Origin: Entomortierella parvispora E1425
Lineage: Eukaryota > Fungi > Mortierellomycota
Assembly: GCA_020891255.1 (NCBI GenBank)
Contig: BQFW01000013.1
Location: 2,596,026-2,660,025, forward strand
Direction of reading: 5' to 3'
DNA length: 64,000 nucleotides
The notes beneath the pieces were generated by a model. The model was given only the letters and a program-made list of their open reading frames with translations. It searched no databases and had not been told where the DNA came from. The translations under genes were made by a program, and so were the position numbers. This document shows, piece after piece, positions 11,901 through 24,854 of this stretch; the stretch's first letter is position 1; every line of letters begins with the position of its first letter.

Positions 11901-14900
11901 TTCCAGTGGCGCTTTCTGTAATCCAAGTCATAAAGCCCCCCTTCTTTTGCGGGGCTTCTAATGTCTCCGTAGCCGAATCCAGAGTTGCGAGATGATCTGA
12001 AGACGCAGCAGCATTAAATCCTACAGCGCGAACAGTTGCGTGTCCCGATTCGATGACTAAAGAGCTCGTGCTAGCAGACTTGAAGGCCAAGGAGCTAAGT
12101 GGAGAATGTACAGAAGGCTGCTGCAGCAGGTGTTGAGAATACGGGTGTGCTGGAGGGGCTGGCAGCGGCTTTGGCGTGGTCGCATATGTTGTTGTGGAAG
12201 AGGTCGAAGACGATGCTGAGACGGTCGAAGCAGCAAAATGCTTGGGCGGCACTGGCGAAGGAGGGTACGGTGATGGAGAGTACTCTGAAGGATTGCTATC
12301 CACATCGCTTGAGGGGCTGTTAAAGAATCGATCTTTGATAGAGTGCAGGATTCCCTTGCTTTTACGTCGCGGTCTCTCTGAAGGGATAGCAGGGCCTTCC
12401 CTCTCTGGCAACTCCCAAGAGGAATGGGGGGTTGAAGAGGTTGAAACGGATACGCCGCTGTCCTGAATAGCTGCACGTTCGGTTACTGGTGTCTGTCCCG
12501 AAAGAGCCTGCTTCTTCTCAGTGTTCTGGATGGGCGGCAGCTCTTTGGATTCGAAGGGATGAATCCTTGCGTGGTCTTCGGTCAGCTGGAGCTTCTCCCG
12601 GATAAGTTGCTGCTTCTCCACTTTAAACAGCTCTATTTCCAGTTTACACCTCTCCAGCTCGTCTTTCAGCTTTGCTCTTTCCTGTTCAAGTTCAGCCTCG
12701 TGTTGGCTTTGCTGTGACGATGAAGAGAGCGCAGCCGTCAATGACGGAGAGAGCGCCTGTGGATACATGAGGTTTTGTTGGCTGGAGGTTGGACTTGGGT
12801 CCGACATGGGTCTGGGCGATCTCTTCCCGCTTTCCATGGAGACCAAAGCGCTGTTGGGCACCCCTCCAGTCGAGCCTACACCGGTTATCGTTGAAATATC
12901 CATTAAGGCTACGCTTTGCTCCCAGTCAACAGTTGTCCCATTCTCCAATGCTCGCTGTCGTACTTGATCGACCAAGAGGCACCAGAGACCATATCCAGGG
13001 TCACAGGCGTTTGCAGGCACGCTCTTTATGAGAATGTCTTGATCGAATCCAATTTTGCCTAATGTCATAAAGAGCCGTTGTTCGAACGCATTGGAGGGAA
13101 AGCCGCCGTTGGGTGTCGATCGTGATTCAGATGGCCCATCGTTATAGCCGGACCCATACCTCGGAAAGGTCTTATTGACCATTGGTGAGGGAGATGGTAG
13201 GGGTGAAGTCATGGGAGATGGGACTGCGGCTCCGCCAGAGAAAGAGGCTCGGAGGGTGTCACCAATGGGATTGAAGGTATAGGGCGACATGTTCCCCCAT
13301 GCACCATTTGGATACTGGGCGAGTGGTGAAGCGTACTGAGGCGAACTGCTGTACATGTTGGGAGGAAATTGCTGGGTCGATGGTGCAGGGTGAATCTCTC
13401 GCTTCGTTAAAGATCCCTGACGTCCGTGATGCACCGACTGAGATGGGTCGTCTTGACTCTGAACTTCCTGCTCATCCTTTGCTTCCTCTTGTTCATCATC
13501 ATCGGAATGAGGCGTCCACCATGGGTGATTCAGTATCTGTTCGATGGATAGGCGTTCGTTGGGGTCTTCTTTGAGAATCCCTTGTATAAGATCCTGGGCA
13601 TCTGTAATGATGGAATCATTAGTGAACGTTCTGAGTGGAGGGTGGAACTCTGGATATTTTCGTACTCCTGCCTACCTTTGCAAAAGAATTCTGCAGGCAA
13701 GTCGTAATCCAGATCGACAATCTTATCCTGAACCACCTTTTCATTGTCATCATCAAAGGGGAGATATCCTGCCAACAGTGTATATAGAATCACGCCCAAG
13801 GACCAAATATCAGCCTCTGTATTGTAAAAAAAAAAAAAAAAAAAAAAAAAAGTTAGCACCACCAATCCTGTTGAACATGTCCGCTGAGCGATCCAGTCTC
13901 TTCTCCGTAGACTGACCTGGTCCTGAGTACTTCTTTCCAACAATGATCTCTGGGGCGGTATAGGCAGCCGAGCCACAATATGACTCTAACAGCTTTTTTG
14001 ACTCGCACTCGCGGGTGAATCCAAAGTCGATAAGTTTGATGTTGTTGTTGTTGTCAAGAAGGATGTTTTCGAGCTTGAGATCGCGGTGGACAATCTTGCG
14101 TATGTGACAGTACTGGATCGCAAGACATATCTGTCTGAACCATCGCTTCGCCAGGGCCGGCTTGCAGCGTCCGTCACGGATGAGTGCCTCCAGCAGTTCG
14201 CCCTTTGGACAATACTCCGTGACGAGGTAAATTTTTGACTCTGTGGTGAGAACCTCGTGCAGGTGGGCAATATTCGCATGGCACAGCCCGCGCCAGTGGT
14301 AGATCTCGCGAGTGATGATGGCGGCATGGGCCTTGGCCACAATCTTGACGGCGACTTGCTGACCGGTGAGGGCATGGGTTGCCAGCTTCACCTTGCCATA
14401 CGTGCCTAAAATCAGAATGCAAGCGTTAGTGCTTTGAGCATTCTGCAACAAGCACGGAGAGCAGGGGAAACACAAGCAGGCATAAACGTTCGGCAACATA
14501 TGCAAAAAATAAAAGACTGTTACCTTGTCCGATGACTTCTCCGAGGTGGTAGTTGCCGACGGCCTTGACCTGCGCCGACTGAAGATCTTTGAAGAGATCG
14601 TTCAGGTCTGCAGCAAGCTGTAAGTTGCAGTCAACCGTCAGAGACAGTAAAAAGAGAAAGAGAAAGGATAAAAGGAGTCAGTAATGTCTCGAAACAGACA
14701 ACTTGTCACAGACCGATGCCAGAGAAAAGCAAAAGCGGCAAATGCCGCGAGAGTCAAGATATGGTGTGTCCGTCTATCCACAGCAGGGCTACCCAGGCGC
14801 TCTCTTGAGATTAAGTAAAGACCAAAGGCAAGGGGGTGCAGGAGTGAAGGGGGAGGGCAAAGAAATAGGGGAAGTGGTGCTCTCACTCTATCTTTCGTCT

Positions 14901-15133
14901 AATGATTCAAATGCATGGTGCAGCAGACAAGGCAGCACTAGCCAGATTTCTCCCTTTTCCGAATTCAACACGTAGGAGAGGGCCATGATGACGAGTCGAT
15001 TGGAAGAGGGTTGACTGCATTGATTGGTCTCGAGTGGATGGGAACGCAGGGAGACTAGACAGCAATGGTCAGGGACGGGATGGTACGGTACCTTGGCTCG
15101 CTGGTTTCGAGCCGCTGGCCGGTTAGAGCCCAT
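8941..15133 (-). CDS. CAMK-group Ser/Thr kinase (Ppk16/MARK-like), about 1808 aa with a long low-complexity C-terminus
   Basis: Exons 15133-15092, 14617-14524, 14405-13917, 13816-13676, 13601-8941 (5427 nt). GQG|[25 protein letters not shown] and DIWSLG. Confidence 0.9.
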
Positions 15134-16222
15134 ATGAGGGTGTGGGATGAATGATGGCTGGTCGTTGTCTGAGAGGGAGGGGAAGACAGGGAGAGGAGTC
15201 TGGAGAGAACAAGAGAGAATGGCAGGTCAAAGAAGAAATGGCGGCGGAAATGAAAGAAATGAAGGAAATGAGTGAAAGAGTCGTGTTTCGAGCTGGACGG
15301 GCAATGAAAGATGTATCAGAGGTCCATGGGTGGGGTCGTGGAGCGGGATGGGATTGAACGCAAGGAATCAAGGAATCAAGGGAGGAAGGAAGAGAAAGGG
15401 AAGGGAAGGAAAGGGAAGGAAAGGAAAGGAAAGGAAAGACGGGAAGGGGAGAGGGAGGGGAGAGGGGGGTACAGATGAAAGATGGAGCGACGGCAAGACT
15501 GAAGAGGAGGAGCAGAAAGAAAAGAACAAGAAGCACGATGGCGGATGATGCTGATGATGACCATGATTGACTTGGTGTCAATTCAAGCCAGGGCCTCGCT
15601 CGCTCAGGCACACTGCACACACAGGCACAGAACAGAACACAGGCACACACGCAGCAGGTGAGACTAAATTACCCGGGATAATTAATAATTTATGCTCGGT
15701 GGTTGCGGATAACATCAGGATAAAAAATATAGTAGTCTCGGCCGTGCAGGCTCACCATGCACACGCCACCAAACTGAATCTGCCCTTGCATGTGTGTGCC
15801 GTGTTTTCAATTCGCTTCTCGGTCGCACAGCACAACACACTTTGGCATCATCCATTGAAACCTTCTTCTTGTATGTACGCTAAATTCAGTTACAGGCCAA
15901 CTTGCCTCCTGCAGCCATGTTCATGAAACCATAGATTCCAATATGACGCCGGCCAATCTTCCCAAAATCCAAGCTATGTAGAACACAAAGGACTACAGTA
16001 TGGGGTAACACTTTTCATTGCAATTCTACAACAAAAATGAGATGAATGCAGAAAGAATGAAAGGTTTGTAGTCGCAGAGAGAACAAGCAGACCAGAAAGA
16101 GAGTAGGCACACAGTGTTGTCCAAGCGCGTGTGATCTGTGGGGGAGAGAGGCACCAGGAGAGAAGTCCTATTCTGCAGGGAAACAAAGAGGGAGTCCGCC
16201 TGCCGTTCTGCTTCTCTGCTTG

Positions 16223-16253
<31 letters not shown>

Positions 16254-17304
16254 GTTTTCTGCAGGTTCACCTTCGCGCTCATTGACCTTTGTCTTCTTCG
16301 TTCCCATCTACATACTTGAATTCCGCTTCATGGACTACCACGCCAGGATCGACAGATCATCCGGCCTTGCCGACTGACTAGAGTACACTAATAGCAAGAT
16401 ATGGTCATTGAGGTCACGGTTGACCATACCTTTGTATTTCTTTCTCCTTGGTGATCACCGCATACTACGCCATTACAGCAGAGTGCAAGGCCATCTGGAA
16501 ACAACTGGGGCTGATGGTTATCCATAGTGCCAACTCTTCAGAGGTAATTGTAGATCTAGCAGTCGAGAACAACGAGAGGAGAAATACGAGCAGCTGGCCA
16601 TCAAGGATTGGCCTTGAAAGAGCTGCCATGATTTGTGTCGCAATATCACCGCTCCTACCAGCTCCTCGACTCTCACCAACGACAAGTAATTTTGATTAAA
16701 CTTGTTATTATCCCTCAGCAACACTGACCTAAATGTCCTGCCTGTTTGTTATCACCTGTTCAGAAGCTACATAGGCAGTCCATGCGACCTGACGCGTTCT
16801 GCCACCAAATGCGTGCTCCGTATGAACTGCATCTACCGCGGGTCCAATTCTTCATGTCTCATCTCAGTCCTTTATTTCAATGTACTTTTGTACTTTTATT
16901 TTTAATGCACTTTGCATCAAATAGAGAAAAAAAACCTACCTCTTCCATCCTGAAGTGCACTGTCCAACAACTGATCTTCTCCGTAATAGGTGAGCCTCTG
17001 TCGCTTTGTCATTACACCATCTACAGCTTCGTGTAGTTGATGCCGTGTCTTTTCCCGCTTTTCTTTCGCGGCGATATTGGCAAAGAAGGATTGCTCATCC
17101 TCTTTCCAAATCTTGGACTCCCATTCTCTTGTCAAGCGAGTAGCCGTCTCTCGGAGGACCTGCACCTGGTTTTTCATCAGACTTGTCACGCTGCGTTTCC
17201 GTTCAAAAAAAAACACGTATCGACTGAAGTGGAATGAGATTCCTGTCTGAGATAACAATCGGCACTTGTTATTTCCCTAGCGTCCTTCTTTATCTCTCTT
17301 GTCC

Positions 17305-17800
17305 TTGATCTCTACATTCTTGATCCAATGGAAATAGTGCACCTCCTGTGAGGAGTGGATCGGAGCAATGGATGAGGTCATATGAAAGGGGCAGCTCTTC
17401 AAAACTTCGTCTGCTCACCCTCATGGACCCACGAGTCTGATGGAGATCATATTGCTCGAATTGCAGCACTACCACCACAGTCAAGAATTCAAGAGAATAG
17501 GAAGCTCTGAACAATGGTGGCAGGGTCATATGGAGGGACAGTCCAGCGCCCTCGCATAGCCTACGCGTCCCTCATGGACCCACAGAGCAATGAAAGCAAC
17601 AATTCAAATCCAGCGTCACCACGACAGAATCATGGAGGTCGTAGCAAGAAGTAGTCCAGCGCCTCGCATAGCCTGTAGCTTCTCATGGACCCATGGTGGA
17701 CCCCGCTCGCATCTCATTCTCAACAGTCCGTACATAACGCCATGCATGACCCTCGCCAACAAATCTCTTTGCCACTCTTTCCTGTGTTCCTGTCTCGCCC
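17305..17800 (+). repeat. Dispersed repeat, left copy; inverted relative to 39325-39995
   Basis: Reverse complement aligns by eye over about 480 bp with 39325-39810; contains AGTCCAGCGCCCTCGCATAGCC at 17540 and a 1-nt-deleted copy at 17653. Confidence 0.85.
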
Positions 17801-18079
17801 TGGTGTGCCCCATGTGTAATGGTGCGAAGATTGTATTTCGGTGACGTAATTATGGCGTGGATTGTCCTTCTTTCTCGACTTATAAATCACACCTTTTCAC
17901 ACAATCATGCCGCCATCTTCTCCCCTCTTCCCAATCATACCTCAGTCATACCTTCGTCTTTTCATTTTGTCGCATCTTTCACCCCCGTTGTTCGATTCCT
18001 TCATTAATTGCCCAGTCAATACAATAAGTAACCATTGACGCTTCTGAGTTAAGGTAACACGCCTCTTTACCCCTCCTCC

Positions 18080-18640
18080 CCAGTGATGTTTTCCCTCTCA
18101 TTGCACGACTTTCGGCACGTGTATGTTACCTGTTGTCCCGCCAAGGAGATCGTCTCATCCTACGATTGGCCGACAAAATGCAGCCTGCATATTACCCTCT
18201 GATTGTCCCTCAGTGATGGTTTCCCTCTCATTGCACGACTTTCGGCACGTGTATGTTACCTGTTGTCCCGCCAAGGAAACATGTCACATCCTACAATGGC
18301 CGACAAAATACAGCCTGCATATTACCCTCTGATTGTCCCTCAATGTGAGGTTTCCTCGCATTGCACGACTTTCGGCACGTGTATGTTACCTGTTGTCCCG
18401 CCAAGGAAACATGTCACATCCTACAATGGCCGACAAAATACAGCCTGCATATTACCCTCTGATTGTCCCTCAATGTGAGGTTTGCCTCGCATTGCACGAC
18501 TTTCGGCACGTGTATGTTACCTGTTGTCCCGCCAAGGAAATCATGCAAGGAAATCATGTCACAATCATACAATGGCCGACAAAATACAGCCTGCATATTA
18601 CCCTCTGATTGTCCCTCAATGATGGTTTTCCCTCTCATTC
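18080..18640. repeat. Tandem array, 130-bp unit, about 4.2 copies
   Basis: ttgcacgactttcggcacgtgtatgttacc recurs at 18101, 18231, 18361 and 18492. Confidence 0.95.
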
Positions 18641-18713
18641 ACGGATTGTTTTACGCCATGAAATTTCATTGATTCAGTATTTTTCACATGACAAACTTTG
18701 TCTAGATTGCGCA

Positions 18714-21191
18714 ATGGGAGAGGAAATCTTCGACAACCACCAAAACACGAACAGGGATGAATGGAAGGACGCTATCGACGAAAATAGGCCTGGATCGGGA
18801 TATTTTCTATCTTTGAAAGGAAGAGTCGAGTTCCGACCCTCGGATTACATGGTGTTCCGAAAGCTAAACCTGTCCGATGCACAGCAAATTCTCAGTGGAG
18901 TGGGCAGAATGGATGAAATATTTGAAGACCAGTAAATATGCGCATGTCCAAAGAAGAGCGGTGGCTGCTTCTACCCTGACCGTTGACGACATTTTCAAGT
19001 TCTACAAGGACCGAGTCCTCGATAACCACGAGTTGGGAATTCTCGGTGAGACCTCTGGGCAGGTCGTGAATGTAGCGCATCATTTGGGATCCGTTTTGCA
19101 AGAGCGCCATCGTATGTACTGTACATATGCTTAACGTCTTTTTTTTGTTGGAGTTGTTTGTTTCTTAAAATCGAAATTATTTATTCATTATCTCTAGGAC
19201 CACCCAGTCGCACTTCGTCGATTAATTCAGAATTGCTAACTCTGCCTCCCGGTGAGAATGACCTGGATGCAGATACATCGGCCAACCATGCTATGAAAAA
19301 TCAAGCCGTGCGCAGCAAAGGCAAAGCTGGTAGTGTTACAGAAGGGTCATCAACTTGTATATACTTAAGGAATAACGCACTACTGACCTCTTATATCATG
19401 TTAATATGTTTTAGTTGCAGGACCTTACACGGCCGACCAAACAAAGAGTGGTGCGTCAGCTTTATGGATTTGAATTTCTGCTCTGTTAGGAAACATCCAC
19501 ACTCTGACAGCTCACTTATTTGTTCTTTTTACGTTTAGCATTGAACCCCGATACAAAAAAGCGCAGTGGGAAGCAGACAAAGGCGGTACAGTTAACCAAG
19601 AAGCGCAAAGTGGCCAATGACAATTTGAAGGCTGCTCGCTTGGACCTTCACACCGAGAGCCGGAAACGGCGGTACGATTTGCTTGACAAAGATCGTTTTT
19701 GGCGACTAAGTTCGGGCCGTGCCGTGGAGACCGTCCTTTTCCAGGCAAGTATCCAACATGGGGCTACAGCAAGGTATAGTCATCAAGATTTTTCTGAGAT
19801 AGCGCAGCCTGCGTGAAGCTATAATCGGATGAACTAATTTATGACTTCCTTCGTCAGCATTTGCTCGTATGTTGTTGACGTTACTTGTAGGACGACCAAG
19901 GCTCTTTTCAGAAATGACGAGTGGAATGAGATTGTTGCCATGTCCCACTTCGAACTACCTCAGATTCCTCGTCCAACTCTTCTCTTTCTTGAGAAACTCC
20001 GGAAGAGTATAGTATCGGGTGTGCACCCAAACTACGTCCCTCTACCCGATCCTAACACAATGGATGCCAAAGACATAATGGACTGTATCCTGGCGCAGAA
20101 AACGGCCGCTGAATGGTATAGTGCTACATTTTATTACACAACTCATGTCTATTGGTTTGCAGGTGACTTACTATTGATCTTTCTGTCAATTCCACAGGTA
20201 TTTTCTATACCACAAGGAGCCTTCACCATTCACCATTGACGACCTATCTGAAGCATGGTGGGCACGTGAGTCGTGGGCAGCTTTGCACGACTTTCTTCAC
20301 GACTTGCCTTCCATTTTCATGGTCGACGGGGAAAAGCGAGGACTAGACAGTTCTCGTAGAAGAAATATGGGTCGCCAATACAATCCGGAAGAGCCCGCAA
20401 GGAAACGAATCGGAAGGAAACTGGATCTTATTTGCCGAGATGAAGAGCTACTTCATGACTGGATGGTTATCGAACGTATGAGACACTGGGATCCCCAGTC
20501 AACAAAACTACTCAGGGAGTTTTGGTGCGATGTACTTCGCGAGACCGTCACAATCGCCCACAACAGAATGTTTGAGGTTCCAGCTACCTTCCGACACTCA
20601 TGTACCTTTTTCGGTGGTTATACCGGAGGTAAGAGAAATGCCTTTCGTTCATTCAACAGATTACGCTGTGATGTCTCTCAGCATACAAATAGTGTCCTGT
20701 CATATTGGTTATATAGATACTGGCTTTGGATTCCTACAAATCCATCCTGCGACAGAGAGCTCATATGTACTTTTGTTGGATCGTCAACCACACTACACAT
20801 TGCCGCGGAAAATCGGGGAGATGCGTGAGCCATTCCAAGGGCTCGTCAAACTTCTTCGCATTAGAGTGTGTATACTTGCCATCACAAAGACTTGAGATTT
20901 ACCCTTCTGGATTCACACTTTTCTAACAACTGTCCATACAATTATCATTAACAGACTGCAACCAAATCCACCATTGAGTTATATCGCGAGCTGCTCTTGC
21001 CACAGAGCTCCCCTGACGGCGATACCGGGCAAAATGAAGAGGATGAGGAAAACGTGGATCTTGGCTGGATGACGAATGACCCGGTGGAGCAATTTGATGC
21101 GAACAATGTTGTGGTGTCATCGCCACTTGACCCGGATGATTTTCCTCCAGAGTTCGAAAGCGACCCAGGATCTGCCAGTGAAAACAATTGA
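18714..21191 (+). pseudogene. Multi-exon gene with a putative PD-(D/E)XK-like (CR-REase type) nuclease domain; apparent frameshift near 18875
   Basis: Spliced segments FWRLSSGRAVETVLF, ICSYVVD, DDLSEAWWARESW and RIGRKLDLICRD...WMVIE parallel the 36968 gene. The first exon changes frame with no usable intron. Confidence 0.6.
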
Positions 21192-22253
21192 TCGGGCATA
21201 CATGGCGTTTACAAGTGAATGGAGCATATTGATTGGACTGGTAGAGTCCTGATTAAGCAGAGCGCTGTCCAAAAGGCAGCTTTTTTTCAGGACTCCATAC
21301 CCAAGACTTCCAAATCGCACAAACAGACCAAATCAGCTGTTATGAATAAACCCACCATCTCTCCAATAATCCACTTGTAAGTGGCGCATTGCAAACGGAT
21401 AGCACTGCCATACCACAACTCCAACAAACACAGCCCGATTACACCACTACGCCGACATCACCCACACCAATTGATCAGGGTAGCGGCGAATTTTTTTTAT
21501 CTCTGGCCGCCTTTGCCCAGTGCAACTGGGCAGGGTAAGATCAGTGTGTAATAATGAAGTTTATTTGAGTAGTACTGGACCCCAAGGCTGGGTACAGTGA
21601 ACCACTCACTGCCCCAGGAAGAGGACTCTGGAAAAGCGTAGATCGGCTCCACATAACCAGAGCGGTTCTCACTCTGAGTTTGCAAACTCAATAGCCACAT
21701 CTGTTCCTGTAGCCACCTTCCCTTAAGAGGAACCAAACATCACAGTGTTATCGCCAATGCTTACCTTGGTTTGGGCAGCATGGGATCATTGAATCAACAC
21801 CCCACATTTCTCTTTCCGGCAGGACCCGCAATTGTCGTGAGCTTGTTGCTGATGTAAGGAAACCTCCGCTAGTGTGACCTGATTCTTCGCTCTGTGGAAC
21901 GAATTTCTCCATTGAGAAAGCATGTTCATAAGGATGTTCCTGAAGGTTGAATAGTTCAAGCGTAGATGTTGGTGAAAACCTGATTCCAAGGTTTTTTTTT
22001 TTCTTCAAAGTTTGAACTTGGATTTAATTTTTATGCTTGAGTTCACGATTGGTCACAATCGAATAAAAACAGAAACCGGTTTAAACAGGTTATGGTTTCC
22101 CAGCTCCATCTTGTACTCAACAGAGCAACAGGTACAAATGGGATGCAGATGGCTATGTTGCACCATCTGACAGTATATAAATCAACCGTGGGCCCACAAA
22201 AAAACAAAAGAAAAAACCAAACTCCCTCTTCCCTTCTTCATCACAAAATCGCC

Positions 22254-23300
22254 ATGACCGTCTTGTCCCGCTTCTCAAACAAAGTTGTCATCGTCACAGG
22301 TAACACATTTCCCAAGTCAAGATGATACAGTCCTAGAGGCCATCGTAAATACCGTGGTCATGGCCAAGAACCACGAGCAACAACAACAGAAGGCTCATCG
22401 ACGTCTCTTCCTGCTTCTTTTTCTCATTTTATTTCGCTATCAAACAGGCGGTGGCTCTGGAATTGGCCAGGCCGTTGTCCGCCGCGTGGTGTCCGAAGGT
22501 GGCATTGTCATCGCCATTGATGTCAACGAGACTGGATTGAAGGCCGGAGTCAAGCAGACCGAGAAGATCGCCGCTGCCGGTGGCCGTTACTCGTTCAAGG
22601 TCGGATCCATTTCGGATGAGGAGACCGTCAAGAAGATCATTCAAGAGGTTGTCGATCAAGAGGGTCGCTTGGATGTCCTCATCAATGTTGCTGGAATCCT
22701 TCGTTCCAGCAAGTTCACTGAAACCTCCCTTGAGGGTAAGAATGAGTCCCATTTTTTTTCACAAGCTAAAAGCCTGCGAAACTGCTCTCTGCCACTTTGC
22801 CTCTCCGCCGGTTCCCGTTGTGACCAAACTTAACACCATGCTCTTCCTTGCTCCCGACAGAATTCATGGAGCCAATCACTGTCAACTTGGTTGGTACCTT
22901 CCTCACTTGCCGCGAGGCCATGCCCCACCTTATCAAGACCAAGGGTAACATTGTCAACTGTGCCTCTACCTCTGCCCGCTTTGGTCACCCTTACATGGCT
23001 GGCTACTCTGCAAGCAAAGGAGGAGTCGAGGCTATGACCAAGGCTCTCTCTTGGGAGTACATGAAGGAGGGAGTCCGTGTGAATGCCGTTTGCCCCGGTG
23101 GAATTAGCACTCCTATGAAGGAGAGCCAGGGCGAGCGTATGGGTGGATTGGACCAGTCCTTGTTCGCACATTTGATGCGTATCGATTATACCTGCGGAGA
23201 GCCCGACCATGTCGCCGCAGTGTTCGCCATGTTGGCTTCTGCCGACGGCAGCTTCATGACCGGAGAGATCGTCAAGGTCGATGGTGGTGTCCACAACTAA
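22254..23300 (+). CDS. Classical short-chain dehydrogenase/reductase, 257 aa
   Basis: Exons 22254-22299, 22448-22735, 22861-23300. TG|GGSGIG, NVAG, YSASK, RVNAVCPG and VDGG; TATATAAA at 22174. Confidence 0.92.
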
Positions 23301-24551
23301 GAATAATAAAGGACTAATTTATGTAACAGCATGTACCAACCAATATTATCACCCATCCGCTCAACACAATCTTCGGCAAAGTCGATGGCGGAAGGTTGAA
23401 GGGACACAAACGGCCACCACTCGAAACTTGAGCCGGCGGGTTTGTTTTGACGAGAGCCACAAAAGAATACATGTTAAATGACAGTGCTGTTGCCTTATCC
23501 AAGAACGTCTCTCGAAGGTTCTATGCGTGCTTCATGGTCTGGGTCCATGATCACAGTTCCCTTGACCAAACACAGCATGGGTGTAGATTTTTGCTCACCA
23601 TCATTATTTCCCCACAAGACAGGAAATAGCGACTGCTTTCTGAGGTCCACCACTGATCGCCACCATTCCTTCTGCTCGCTCGTCCCATGTCTGCCACATC
23701 TGCATTCAATCCATTCCACCTCCATGGCCAAGATCATGAAGCCCTTCTGACTTGTTGCTTGAAGTCCTCCTTCGAATGTATTTCAAGACAAGAATAAATC
23801 TGACAATCAACTCCATGGCGCGTCTCGGTTTCAGTTGATCCCACCAACAGGAGGCGGATTCACGTACCTTCCCACGATGTCTCCCATGTCCCAAAGGAGA
23901 TCCCAAAGGGGATCCCGCCGGGGCTACCACAGCTACTGCCAAGAGACGGCCGGGCCTGACTCAATTGGTAAAGCTTAGCAACAAGAACGTGAATGAGATG
24001 GATTGAATGCGTCATCTACCCTCCAAGAGTGCTGTTCAGGAGGGCCAAGGCATTCAGAAATGTACTCATTAGGCAGTTTCCCGCCATTGGGATCATACTC
24101 ACTGTGATGTCTTGCGGAGGCAAGTGCCATTTGAGGACGGATACTGGCCCGACTTGCATTGATTCGAACGAGCCAGAATCGGTGGAGGTGGTGGGCTTGA
24201 ATAGAGACCCTGATTTGAGAGGTAGCTTGGAGATACGCAATGCTGCCGTATGTAGCAGCGACAACAGTCCATCGGAATTGCTAGGCAATTCTGCTCCAGA
24301 GCGAGCAGTCTCGTGAAGGACAAGTCAATAAAACCAACTGCCTTCCTTGCGTATCACCACCGTGTTCTCCTGAGCTGCATGTAGCCATAGATAAACGCCT
24401 TGAATGATGGAAGAAGTAACGATAGCGTGATATTGCTTATAAGGGGGCAAGAGGGGTGGCAAGGCAAGGGCGGGGCTCTTTATTCTAGGCGCGTGTGTCT
24501 GCCCATTAAAGCGGACAAGTCTGCAAAACGACCTCCAGTGATGCACCTAGA

Positions 24552-24854
24552 TTACTTGTTTTGGGCGAGATACTCAAGCGCTTTGGTGCCAACGTAGCGC
24601 CGCCCAGCGTTGTCTCCGGCAATCCATTCTTCCGGAGGAAACAAGTCGAAAAGGCCGACCTTGAAGAGCGTAGGGATCGAAAGCTCCAGTTCCTTCTCGA
24701 TATCGCCTCGGGCACCCTCGTTATAGCAGGTAACGTTGTGCAACATCGTGGCAACTGTTCCAGTCTGAACCTTTGTTCCGTCCTTCAGTGCAACCGCAGG
24801 AAGCGATTCTCCATCTGCCAGAATCTTTTTGTTGATGTTGGCCAGGCTACTCAT
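24552..24854 (-). CDS. Intronless 100-aa hypothetical protein
   Basis: Globular-looking composition; motifs VQTGTVATMLHN and KVGLFDLFPPEEW..G...GRR.VG; TATAAAAAG upstream on the minus strand. Confidence 0.75.
   Translation of the reverse strand: MSSLANINKKILADGESLPAVALKDGTKVQTGTVATMLHNVTCYNEGARGDIEKELELSIPTLFKVGLFDLFPPEEWIAGDNAGRRYVGTKALEYLAQNK

Noticed and set aside
13826-13850. Long A/T homopolymers (also 16224, 29862, 51141) as retroposon tails
   Set aside because: Frequent in introns and intergenic DNA throughout the window, with no TSDs or associated element bodies.
16300-17250. Protein-like broken frames, also at 27000-27600, 32900-33700 and 35900-36700
   Set aside because: Probably decayed genes or TEs, but no family could be supported from motifs.
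23706-23942. GLHDLGHG resembling an HD-domain motif
   Set aside because: Isolated short match with no upstream His motif or coherent gene model.
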